Part shown: positions 17,413 to 24,604 of the stretch, in pieces | How positions within the stretch are numbered: position 1 is the stretch's first letter | How the letters are laid out: every line of letters begins with the position of its first letter | DNA from: a virus | Lineage: Duplodnaviria > Caudoviricetes | Length of the DNA: 26,921 bases | Direction: 5' to 3' (one strand) | Virus record (IMG/VR): IMGVR_UViG_3300020045_013539 | Span: 1 to 26,921 of that record | Notes under the pieces: model-generated | Told to the model about the DNA's origin: nothing | The model's database searches: none | Seen by the model: only the letters and a program-made list of their open reading frames with translations | Program-made: the position numbers and the translations under genes

Positions 17413-17441
17413 ATACTAGGAGTTTTTCTCTTTTTACTCAA
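17413..17441 (-). promoter_or_regulatory. Dedicated promoter of the P63C gene
   Basis: Minus strand TTGAGT-17 nt-TAGTAT. The spacer contains one arm of a 12-bp inverted repeat (17380-17391 / 17418-17429). Confidence 0.6.
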
Positions 17442-18013
17442 GAAAATTGAACAAGAGCCTTATAGCATTCCATCAAATGTTTAACCCCATTCATAGCTCG
17501 ATGAGGCTTTTCTTCCGGAGGTATCCCAAATTGTCGTGCAATGTTATCTTTTGAAAGCGTAACAACATACCCGATATATTTTGTGTGTTTTGCAAAATAT
17601 CTCATCCACGCCATTGATCCTAAATCAAACCAGTGGTAGGGCATTTCAACCTTTTCTTGCTCATCAGTTCCGACGATTTGAGTAAAAAACATTCTATCAA
17701 ATGAGGGATTTTGACAGATAAATACTGAATTAAACCGATTAACTCCATTGCTAACGAATAAATCTATAATTTTGCATCCAACACTAAAAGCGCTTGGAGC
17801 TTTCAAAACATCTGAGAATTCAATTTCATTAATCAACATCGATGACAGATCTCTAAATGCCCACTCTCTCTTTGACATTTTTATAAATGAAGAATATTCG
17901 AAAATTGGACTCATATCATGTAGATTTACGCAAATACACGCAATTTCTATTGGAGCATGAGAGTATGGATCGAGGCCATTTGTCTCTAAATCTAAAAAAA
18001 TACCCTTCATCAA
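17438..18013 (-). CDS. DEDD-family (DnaQ/oligoribonuclease-like) 3'-5' exonuclease
   Basis: ExoI 'FLDLETNGL', ExoII 'QNPSFD' and ExoIII-like 'HRAMNGV'. Confidence 0.9.
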   Translation of the reverse strand: MMKGIFLDLETNGLDPYSHAPIEIACICVNLHDMSPIFEYSSFIKMSKREWAFRDLSSMLINEIEFSDVLKAPSAFSVGCKIIDLFVSNGVNRFNSVFICQNPSFDRMFFTQIVGTDEQEKVEMPYHWFDLGSMAWMRYFAKHTKYIGYVVTLSKDNIARQFGIPPEEKPHRAMNGVKHLMECYKALVQFS

Positions 18014-18201
18014 TTAGCTCCAGAATTAATGTTTAATACAAAAAAGGATGATCGATTGCATGATTTGCATGATATTTTTAGGTATTCCCTATACGAATTA
18101 TCTAAACGCGACACCGACAGCGTTTCTTTCTCAAAATTTCCGAATAAGAGATTCTCGCAATTACATAGTTTTTTTTCGATAAAACACCTATTTTCAAACA
18201 T
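18010..18201 (-). CDS. Small Cys-containing (zinc-ribbon-like) protein
   Basis: Start moved to MFENRC (overlaps the upstream TGA). CxC...CxxC pattern. Confidence 0.5.
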   Translation of the reverse strand: MFENRCFIEKKLCNCENLLFGNFEKETLSVSRLDNSYREYLKISCKSCNRSSFFVLNINSGAN

Positions 18202-18352
18202 CTTTCGGAATACTCGCATGATCGTGAACAATATTCATCATCTCACAATATTTACAGATCCAGGGATTTCCGTCATTGATTTTTCCAGAACAGTCCGCGT
18301 TGACCTTATTTTCACAAGCGCAAAAAGAACAGTTCTGGAAAATATCACACAT
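18194..18352 (-). CDS. 52-aa zinc-finger-like protein (not in ORF track)
   Basis: MCDIFQNCSFCACENKVNADCSGKINDGNPWICKYCEMMNIVHDHASIPKDV. CxxC...CxxC, GGAG RBS, fills the operon gap. Confidence 0.6.
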   Translation of the reverse strand: MCDIFQNCSFCACENKVNADCSGKINDGNPWICKYCEMMNIVHDHASIPKDV

Positions 18353-18353
18353 A

Positions 18354-18620
18354 TTAACGAAATTCTCCGTAAGATAATCCTGAATTAATATTTACGCTTC
18401 CATTAGGAATTTTATTTATACAAAAACTACTGATAGGTTCTTTTTTTGTAGCAAACTTTTCGATAGAAAATAGTTCATAAGACTCGATTTGATTTTTATT
18501 TTTAAATATCCATTCCATCGCATCTTCAATCACCTCGAATTCATGATATGTGTTTTTTAAACCGATTGATATTCCTAGATCTGGACTAACAACTGTCTGG
18601 ACTTTTACTAAAACCTTCAC
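18354..18620 (-). CDS. Hypothetical protein
   Basis: GTG start after GGGAG, tightly packed in the early operon. Confidence 0.6.
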   Translation of the reverse strand: MKVLVKVQTVVSPDLGISIGLKNTYHEFEVIEDAMEWIFKNKNQIESYELFSIEKFATKKEPISSFCINKIPNGSVNINSGLSYGEFR

Positions 18621-18623
18621 GAC

Positions 18624-19238
18624 TTACTCCCTTACTTCATTTCTTTTGTTAATCCACTGCGATATATATTTGTGAAATTTCTCTAAATCATGATTAGACT
18701 CATTCACAGCAATCGCCATCTCGCATTTTTTATGTGCGCAGTATGCTGATAGATATCCTATTACATCTGAATTCGAATATTTTGTCGACATCTCATCGAT
18801 CCATGCCTGAGTATCTACTGCCTGAATTTTTTTTTGTGCCTGTTCCGGAGCATGTTTCATCGCTAATGCGCCGTCGTCATCAGTCGTGCTAATTCCAAGC
18901 GCAGCTAAAATACCGTAACGTCTCGCGTAAGTGGCAGCAGATCCGACGCTCTGAGCGTCGCGTTTCGACATGGGAATTAAAAGAGGCGAACTTTCGATTA
19001 TCTGCCCTGATTTATGCATTAAAATTGTTGTAACAGAACAGCCCCTTTCATCCGAAGACGTGTCCTGATAAACACTCAGTCCGTTTCTCTCTAACGGCTC
19101 TCTAATCCCATCCCATACAGACGCCAGATCGGTATATTTATAATTGTAAGCTTTTGCAGATTTGTGCAAACTGCCGATCTCACCCTGAAATTTCGATAGC
19201 GCAGCAGCTAACTCCGCAATATTCTCAGACATTCTCAT
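18624..19238 (-). CDS. erf: ERF-family ssDNA annealing protein (recombinase)
   Basis: 'ELAAALSKFQ...YKYTDL...QSVGSAATYARRYGILAALGI...DDDG' is the ERF signature. Start moved to ATG 19238 (AAGGAG RBS, ATGA overlap). Confidence 0.92.
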   Translation of the reverse strand: MRMSENIAELAAALSKFQGEIGSLHKSAKAYNYKYTDLASVWDGIREPLERNGLSVYQDTSSDERGCSVTTILMHKSGQIIESSPLLIPMSKRDAQSVGSAATYARRYGILAALGISTTDDDGALAMKHAPEQAQKKIQAVDTQAWIDEMSTKYSNSDVIGYLSAYCAHKKCEMAIAVNESNHDLEKFHKYISQWINKRNEVRE

Positions 19239-19816
19239 ATTTTTCTCCTTGTTTTTTGCATTTCGAAGAATCTGTATAACTCCAAGCATTTGAAGAACAC
19301 TTCCAGATCCTCGTTATAAGTTTGATATTCAATAAGCTTCGGATATCTCGCATTTTTATCTAATCGAACAAACACAAACTTCCTCATAGCGCGCCCACTC
19401 AATTCATAGAGATATCTGTATGCTGCCGCCTGCAAACGCCATGCGCGATTATGTTCCCGCGAGCTCGTTTTCCAGTCAAACGCAATTGCACCATCAGCAG
19501 TCTCAATAACGCAATCTAACTGACCTGTTATCTGATGTGTATCGCAATATAGTCGCTGCTCTAAAATCATGCGTCCATCTAATTTCGCAAAATCCTCTTC
19601 ATAGAAGCGCTCAAAACTTTTTACGTACATACCTACGTCATCATCGTAGAAAATAGCAGGAAACCCGCTTAAAATCGTTTCTATCGCATCATGCACAGAT
19701 GTACCGCGCTCACATGCGCGAGTCAGATAAACTTCTGGAATAAACTCGATTCCACTGAATGGGGCCACTACATCAGTAGCTCTAAGATAGTGTTCTTTTC
19801 CTTTTTCGATATCCAC
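19235..19816 (-). CDS. PD-(D/E)XK exonuclease (Cas4/RecB-like), partner of ERF
   Basis: 'RGTSVHDAIE', 'GQLD', 'DWKTS' and 'LQAAAY' motifs. GTG start with AGGAG RBS. Confidence 0.88.
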   Translation of the reverse strand: MDIEKGKEHYLRATDVVAPFSGIEFIPEVYLTRACERGTSVHDAIETILSGFPAIFYDDDVGMYVKSFERFYEEDFAKLDGRMILEQRLYCDTHQITGQLDCVIETADGAIAFDWKTSSREHNRAWRLQAAAYRYLYELSGRAMRKFVFVRLDKNARYPKLIEYQTYNEDLEVFFKCLELYRFFEMQKTRRKI

Positions 19817-19817
19817 G

Positions 19818-19846
19818 TTGACTCCTATTCACTAACATGTTATGAT
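19818..19846 (+). promoter_or_regulatory. Rightward early promoter with overlapping palindrome
   Basis: TTGACT-17 nt-TATGAT with extended -10 TG. Palindrome TAACATGTTA (19833-19842) overlaps it, and TCAGT-ATA-ACTGA lies at 19856-19868. Confidence 0.7.
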
Positions 19847-19894
19847 TAGCAAATATCAGTATAACTGAATATACAAATAAAGGAAAGCAAAATT

Positions 19895-20107
19895 ATGAAG
19901 ATTGAACAATATTTAGAGGAAAAAGGTCAGACGATGACGCAATTTTCCGTAGATGCAGGAGTATCATTTTTTCAAGTGTATCATATTGCGAGGGGGAGAA
20001 CCCCGACGCTTGTGACCGCATTAAAAATCGAAAAGGCAAGCGGTGGTGCGGTTACTGGGCGAGATATGATTAGCGATAAACTAGTTCGGGAAATATACGA
20101 AACCTGA
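19895..20107 (+). CDS. Cro-like HTH transcriptional regulator
   Basis: 70 aa, 'QFSVDAGVS...GRTPTLVTALKIEKASGGAVT'. First gene of the rightward operon, before the replication gene. Confidence 0.85.
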   Translation: MKIEQYLEEKGQTMTQFSVDAGVSFFQVYHIARGRTPTLVTALKIEKASGGAVTGRDMISDKLVREIYET

Positions 20108-20108
20108 T

Positions 20109-20132
20109 AAAAAACCCCTCTTATGAGGGGTT
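20109..20132 (-). terminator. Minus-strand intrinsic terminator
   Basis: Stem AACCCCTC-TTAT-GAGGGGTT with the A-run on its left, which is the U-tract on the minus strand. Confidence 0.6.
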
Positions 20133-20257
20133 AAACAATAGGACTAAAATGCGGAAATTCAAGAGCGCAGAGAAGGGTAACTTCTGCGCATTTCTATTTT
20201 GAAATTTTTCCTGTTTTTCTTCAATAGAAGAATCACTAAACGTTATGAAATTGATGG

Positions 20258-20287
20258 AAAAAGAATCGGAGGCCAGATGGCCTCCGA
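20258..20287 (-). terminator. Minus-strand intrinsic terminator
   Basis: Perfect 10-bp inverted repeat TCGGAGGCCA-GA-TGGCCTCCGA followed on the minus strand by TTCTTTTT. Confidence 0.55.
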
Positions 20288-20492
20288 ATATCCTTGAATA
20301 AAATTTCCAAGATAGATATTTTTGATATAAACATACACACAATCTCCCAACAGCTGTATGTTTATTTAAACAACTTCGGGCTATCCAAATATTAGCAAAT
20401 CGGCTAATTTCTGCATAGCGAAAAGTTGTTTAAAATAAAGATTAAACAGTGGGCACATAATTGCAGAGAAAGTTTAAAAAAGAAAGTAGAAT

Positions 20493-20556
20493 AAAAAAAG
20501 CCGATCCAGGAAGATCGGCTTAGATTGCGATTTACGCAACAAGAAGAAAAAAGAGT
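20493..20556 (-). ncRNA. Candidate counter-transcribed antisense RNA (about 65 nt) in the replication-gene leader
   Basis: Minus-strand promoter TTGACA (20591-20586)-17 nt-TAACAT (20568-20563), internal hairpin TTGCG-N5-CGCAA, and terminator AAGCCGATC-N6-GATCGGCTT plus U-tract. Confidence 0.6.
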
Positions 20557-20608
20557 TCTTCTATGTTACGAAATTCACTGAATTTTGTCAATACCGTAGG
20601 AGGATAAT

Positions 20609-21727
20609 ATGACAACTAATCAAGATCAAAATAAAGATTTACAAGAATCAATTCAAAAACTGAACTTCATGTCCATTTGCGACATGGCGGAATCAAACGC
20701 AAATAAAATAGCAATCGATAAGTACAATATAGAAATAATGGGAGATTTGGCGGGTGGTGCATTTTTAACACAACTCCGCTACTGGTTTTCTCCTACAACA
20801 AAAAAAGCGGTTAAGGGGAATACAAGAGTTAGCATCAGAAGAGAAGGAAAGCTATGGTTAGCAAAAACAGACGCCGAATGGTGGGATGAATGTTGCGTAA
20901 CCCCAAAACAAGTCCGGCGTATAAAAGCAAAACTCATTGAGCTTAAGCTGGTTGAGATAAAACTCTTTAAATTTCAGAACGCTCCGACAATACATTATCA
21001 TCTGGATTTAGAGAGATACTGTGAACTCTATCACAATCAAAGGCTTATGAACTATGAAAAAGAAATTCATGAACAAGAAAATCATGATATAAACAATGAT
21101 TCTCGCAGGGATTCTGCCCAAAGGGCAAAGTCGATTCTGCCCAAAGGGCAAAATGGATTCTGCCCAAAGGGCCAAAACCTAAACATATCATCTACACATC
21201 TCACTTCTTCATTTAATTTAGAAAAACATATGCGAAATGTTTCTTTCATAAAAAATGAGGAAAATGAAAAAAAGATGTGTTTTGGTCTGACAGGAAAACC
21301 GTTGGAGACATATAATGCCCTTGACAACGATTATAAAGCCTCCTACGCGGCTTTAGTGACTCTACCCCCATCAAAAGAGGGTGGGGCATTAGTAAACCCC
21401 GTACAGGCGCTTAGAATGAGTGTGGAGTTTTTTCCTCATGAAGTCATGGATGGTCTTAAAGTGTTGGAAGAACACATACATTCCGGCAAAAAGATCAAAA
21501 ATACCGGAGCTTACATCTCATGGATATTGAAAAAAGGGCTCAAGCCGGAATCTCCGAATGTCAAGATAAACCGTGATTTTTGGGACTCTATAAAAAACAG
21601 ATTTAAAAAGTCTAGCATAAAAGAACATAGAGATTGTATAGAAGTTAACGACTTAGAAGCATTCTATTTTTGGATGAAACCAGAGGTATTCAAAAGCGGA
21701 TTATCTCGAACCATAAGAAATGATTGA
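20609..21727 (+). CDS. Phage replication initiator (lambda O-like, N-terminal winged HTH)
   Basis: 'AFLTQLRYW...WLAKTDAEWWDECCVTPKQVRRIKAKLIELKLV' wHTH, AGGAGG RBS, internal iterons, located downstream of cro. Confidence 0.8.
   Translation: MTTNQDQNKDLQESIQKLNFMSICDMAESNANKIAIDKYNIEIMGDLAGGAFLTQLRYWFSPTTKKAVKGNTRVSIRREGKLWLAKTDAEWWDECCVTPKQVRRIKAKLIELKLVEIKLFKFQNAPTIHYHLDLERYCELYHNQRLMNYEKEIHEQENHDINNDSRRDSAQRAKSILPKGQNGFCPKGQNLNISSTHLTSSFNLEKHMRNVSFIKNEENEKKMCFGLTGKPLETYNALDNDYKASYAALVTLPPSKEGGALVNPVQALRMSVEFFPHEVMDGLKVLEEHIHSGKKIKNTGAYISWILKKGLKPESPNVKINRDFWDSIKNRFKKSSIKEHRDCIEVNDLEAFYFWMKPEVFKSGLSRTIRND
21110..21176 (+). repeat. Three 23-nt-period iterons, probable replication origin
   Basis: GATTCTGCCCAAAGGGC at 21110, 21133 and 21156, each containing the palindrome GCCC-AAA-GGGC, followed by an AT-rich tract. 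Confidence 0.85.
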
Positions 21728-21826
21728 CATAAAATTAGAAAATGATTGAAATATTACTATATATTTAAAATAACACAACAATGTTAGCATTAACGAATTA
21801 GTTGAGAAGTAAAAAATATAAGGGGA

Positions 21827-22177
21827 ATGTTGTTTTTGATGGAAAAATCAAATAAAGCAGTATGGAGATGCTGCAAAACCGATGTTCCAGAAACAGGAAA
21901 AAAAGTTCTTTGTCATCGAAAAGGGGATATTTATGTAGCTATGAGAATGAAAAATTACTACATTCCTATTCCATTTGCCGATCATAGGTTTGCGACAGAT
22001 TTATCGCAACCGGATCTTTGGAGCGAGATTTCGTTTCCGGGTGCATTGACCGGAAAAAACAGAGTTATAATAGAAGGTGGAGATCCGATTACATTTTCTG
22101 AGATGGAGGTTGATTATCCGGAAGAATTTTGTAAAATTGTAGCACGTATGATCTCAATGTTAGGAAAAGAAGAATAA
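21827..22177 (+). CDS. DUF551-like phage protein
   Basis: 'WRCCKTDVPETGKKVLC...PDLWSEI' pattern. AAGGGG RBS. Confidence 0.6.
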   Translation: MLFLMEKSNKAVWRCCKTDVPETGKKVLCHRKGDIYVAMRMKNYYIPIPFADHRFATDLSQPDLWSEISFPGALTGKNRVIIEGGDPITFSEMEVDYPEEFCKIVARMISMLGKEE

Positions 22178-22418
22178 AATATGCGCACGACAATTATACC
22201 GCTTTCGCATAGATTGGCAGAGAATTGGTATATAGCCATTGAAAAATTTTTAGAAAAAAGATAATCTAAAGCTTCGCGAGTTGCAAATCGCGAACGTAGA
22301 CGCAATGGATCCGTGTAAAAATTGCCGTTTGAGTGACACTTTTTCGTTATAATAAGTGTCTAGTTCGTGGGTTATCTACGTGATCAGGAAAACCCACCTT
22401 GTAAAATAAAATTGCAAT

Positions 22419-22745
22419 ATGAAAAATCTTAGACATAAATTTAATGCGAAATCGACAATGATTGACAACATTAAATTTAGCTCAAAAAAAGAAGCGGCTC
22501 ACTATCAAAAGCTCAAGCAGCTAGAAAAAGAGGGAAAAATCTTGTTTTTCTTGCGTCAAGTCCCAATCCAACTATGTGATAATATCAAATATATTTTAGA
22601 CTTCTTGATTTTCCATGCGCCAAAAGATGCAGATTCTCCTGGAGAAGTCGAATTTTGCGAAGTGAAAGGATATATGACTAAAGACGCAAAGATTAAAATT
22701 TCCATGGCAGAGAAAATTCTTGGCGTGAAAATCAATATTGTTTAA
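22419..22745 (+). CDS. DUF1064-family endonuclease
   Basis: 'HKFNAKSTMIDNIKFSSKKEAAHY...LRQV...YILDFL...EVKG' signature. Confidence 0.88.
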   Translation: MKNLRHKFNAKSTMIDNIKFSSKKEAAHYQKLKQLEKEGKILFFLRQVPIQLCDNIKYILDFLIFHAPKDADSPGEVEFCEVKGYMTKDAKIKISMAEKILGVKINIV

Positions 22746-22778
22746 TATCTAGTTTCACAAAATCAAAATGGAGCCACA

Positions 22779-23069
22779 ATGTTTTTCTCAAAATTTACAG
22801 AATATCGAAATCAAATTGTCCAAGCCATGCTCAGTTCAGAAAATAGGATTATCGATCATCAAAAAAGAGACAGTATGGAAATGTCTCGACATATGCAAAA
22901 ACGATTAGACGATTTAGAAAAAATAAATCTTTCATCTCTACAGATCGTAGCTGAGAAAATAGTCGAGTTAGAGAAGGAAATCGCGTCTGTCAAACATATT
23001 TTAGAGAAAAAACAAGATAGTGGATGCACAATGCAAAAAGCATGTGCTAGAGTAAAAAAAAACCAGTGA
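22779..23069 (+). CDS. Coiled-coil hypothetical protein
   Basis: GGAG RBS, heptad-like helix. Confidence 0.6.
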   Translation: MFFSKFTEYRNQIVQAMLSSENRIIDHQKRDSMEMSRHMQKRLDDLEKINLSSLQIVAEKIVELEKEIASVKHILEKKQDSGCTMQKACARVKKNQ

Positions 23070-23164
23070 TATCGATAAGAATTTTGACAAACAAATAATA
23101 TTTTACCCCGCTTGAATGCAACGATAAGTTCCTCCATTACTTATTAAGCTGCTCGCGGGGTTTT

Positions 23165-23332
23165 TTACGAAAAAATCCTATGCTTTTGTAGAATTATTTC
23201 CAGCAGGATGTCCGCAATTAAATCGATCTGATTATCAGACATTCTATGGATTTGAATAGAGAAGCCTGGAGTATTTTCTATGATACTCTCGACCTCTCTT
23301 TTAAAATTGATTCGTGCATCAGGATTTTTCAT
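23165..23332 (-). CDS. 55-aa hypothetical protein (not in ORF track)
   Basis: MKNPDARINFKREVESIIENTPGFSIQIHRMSDNQIDLIADILLEIILQKHRIFS. ATGA overlap with the upstream gene. Confidence 0.5.
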   Translation of the reverse strand: MKNPDARINFKREVESIIENTPGFSIQIHRMSDNQIDLIADILLEIILQKHRIFS

Positions 23333-23649
23333 TCACCACGTAGATCTTTTTCCAACTCATCAATATCTATGAAATCTCTTGTTTCCAGGGAATCACATAG
23401 ACGCTCACAATATTTTTGCAGACTATGCATTTTTTCTAAAAGATCTTTTGTAACTTTAGCGATTTCCGCGTCAATTTTCATAGTTCCCTCTAGATGATCC
23501 GTTTCCCAGTCGATCACATCGATAAATTCTTTTAGACAGTCGATATAATTCTTTCTGGAAACTTCCGCTTCTTGAACCATGTGATGGTCAAACATCGCAT
23601 CCCCCATTATATCATCGTAGCTATAGCCGTCGTCATTCGTTGAGTACAT
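23329..23649 (-). CDS. Acidic hypothetical protein
   Basis: AAGGAG RBS, own promoter, D/E-rich. Confidence 0.75.
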   Translation of the reverse strand: MYSTNDDGYSYDDIMGDAMFDHHMVQEAEVSRKNYIDCLKEFIDVIDWETDHLEGTMKIDAEIAKVTKDLLEKMHSLQKYCERLCDSLETRDFIDIDELEKDLRGE

Positions 23650-23679
23650 CTTTTTCTCCTTGTTTTGCTTTATATCTTA

Positions 23680-23710
23680 ATTATGCCACACCTGTGATTT
23701 TTTGGCAACC
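23680..23710 (-). promoter_or_regulatory. Promoter, copy 1 of a shared motif
   Basis: TTGCCA-17 nt-CATAAT with extended -10 TG. Shares GGTTGCCAAAwAATCA with 24200-24215. Confidence 0.65.
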
Positions 23711-23835
23711 GAATATTCACTAAAATCGATTGCGTGCTCTTTTTATTTGTGCGTAAAAATCTAGTGTGATAACGTGAGCATATCCTAACTGTACAGTACT
23801 GTACTGTATAGTAAGTGCCTCCTTTTGTTTACCCC

Positions 23836-24132
23836 CTAGATTAGGGGGTTTTTTTCTGTTTCTACTTGTTTAATCCAGTTGTCAAATTTCTCCTCAGATC
23901 CGTAACAATGGTGCGGGAACTGTGTAGCGATAAAATGAAGATAGTTTAGGGCATGATTTGATAGATCTCCATCTCGATGCAATACAACTCCTTTTAGATC
24001 ATTTGATAGAACAGATCTTAAAAATGCACATGTAGGTTTTTTCCTGTACTCTACGTAATCCAGAAGTTGAATCATTTTTTCTACTTCTACCCCCCAAAAG
24101 TCTTTGAGGTAAATTTTTTCTTTTTCATTCAT
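23836..24132 (-). CDS. Hypothetical phage protein
   Basis: Start moved to MNEKEK (AAGGAG RBS). 'FLRSVLSNDL...CYGSEEKFDNW' resembles a recurrent small phage protein. Confidence 0.75.
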   Translation of the reverse strand: MNEKEKIYLKDFWGVEVEKMIQLLDYVEYRKKPTCAFLRSVLSNDLKGVVLHRDGDLSNHALNYLHFIATQFPHHCYGSEEKFDNWIKQVETEKNPLI

Positions 24133-24184
24133 TTTTTTTCTCCTTTTCTTGTTTCTAGAACATCTTCTTACTTTTATACACACT

Positions 24185-24215
24185 AATATAACAGTATGCT
24201 GATTATTTGGCAACC
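24185..24215 (-). promoter_or_regulatory. Promoter, copy 2 of a shared motif
   Basis: TTGCCA-17 nt-TATATT with extended -10 TG. Confidence 0.65.
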
Positions 24216-24328
24216 TAAAAATGTAGAAAAATGCATTTATTTTAATACTATGCTATATCAACACGTTTCCTCTTTTAGCAACCTTTTTCAGTGAGTGCTA
24301 TTTTTTCGATGAAATCAAAAATATACTC

Positions 24329-24357
24329 TTGCAAAATCATAAAAAATTTAATATCAT
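24329..24357 (+). promoter_or_regulatory. Promoter of the packaging operon
   Basis: TTGCAA-17 nt-TATCAT upstream of GAGGT RBS and ATG 24379. Confidence 0.6.
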
Positions 24358-24378
24358 TTAAAAAACGAGGTTACACAT

Positions 24379-24591
24379 ATGAGTTGCGAGATCAGTGTCA
24401 TTGTTAAAGATGATGAAAAGCGTTTGAATAAAAAATTTGTTGTGTACGATAATGATACGTTCGATCAACTCCCTGTTAGAGCGTCTATCAGCGATCCAAC
24501 AATTAAAAAATACATTAACGAGGTGATGGAAAATTTTGATAGCCAGAGCCAAGATATAGATGTTAAAGTAAAAATAGAATTATCAATTTAA
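24379..24591 (+). CDS. Hypothetical protein upstream of terminase
   Basis: 70 aa, GAGGT RBS. Confidence 0.7.
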   Translation: MSCEISVIVKDDEKRLNKKFVVYDNDTFDQLPVRASISDPTIKKYINEVMENFDSQSQDIDVKVKIELSI

Positions 24592-24604
24592 ATGGAGAGG
24601 CTGC

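Noticed and set aside
16988-18388. Plus-strand ORFs 16988..17347, 17748..17960 and 18029..18388
   Set aside because: Antisense to a tightly packed minus-strand operon with recognisable domains.
19235-19816. Cas4 as part of a CRISPR system
   Set aside because: No cas genes or array, no clear four-Cys Fe-S motif, and it is coupled to ERF as a recombination module.
20121-20342. 73-aa minus-strand ORF
   Set aside because: Runs through terminator-like hairpins and has no protein motif. The region looks regulatory.
21110-21176. CRISPR mini-array
   Set aside because: The repeats are nearly contiguous with only a few nt between them and lie inside a rep gene, which fits iterons.
22270-22400. Short inverted repeats (TTCGCGA/TCGCGAA, GACACTT/AAGTGTC, GTGGGTT/AACCCAC) considered as a tRNA or known ncRNA
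   Set aside because: No cloverleaf or T-loop consensus. The stems are only 7 bp and may be operator or promoter elements or chance.
23788-23826. GTACA/GTACT pentamer run, palindrome ACTGTACAGT and an orphan AAGGAGG, considered as a LexA box or micro-ORF
   Set aside because: Lacks CTGT-N8-ACAG spacing and has no start codon at a usable distance from the SD-like sequence. No function can be supported.
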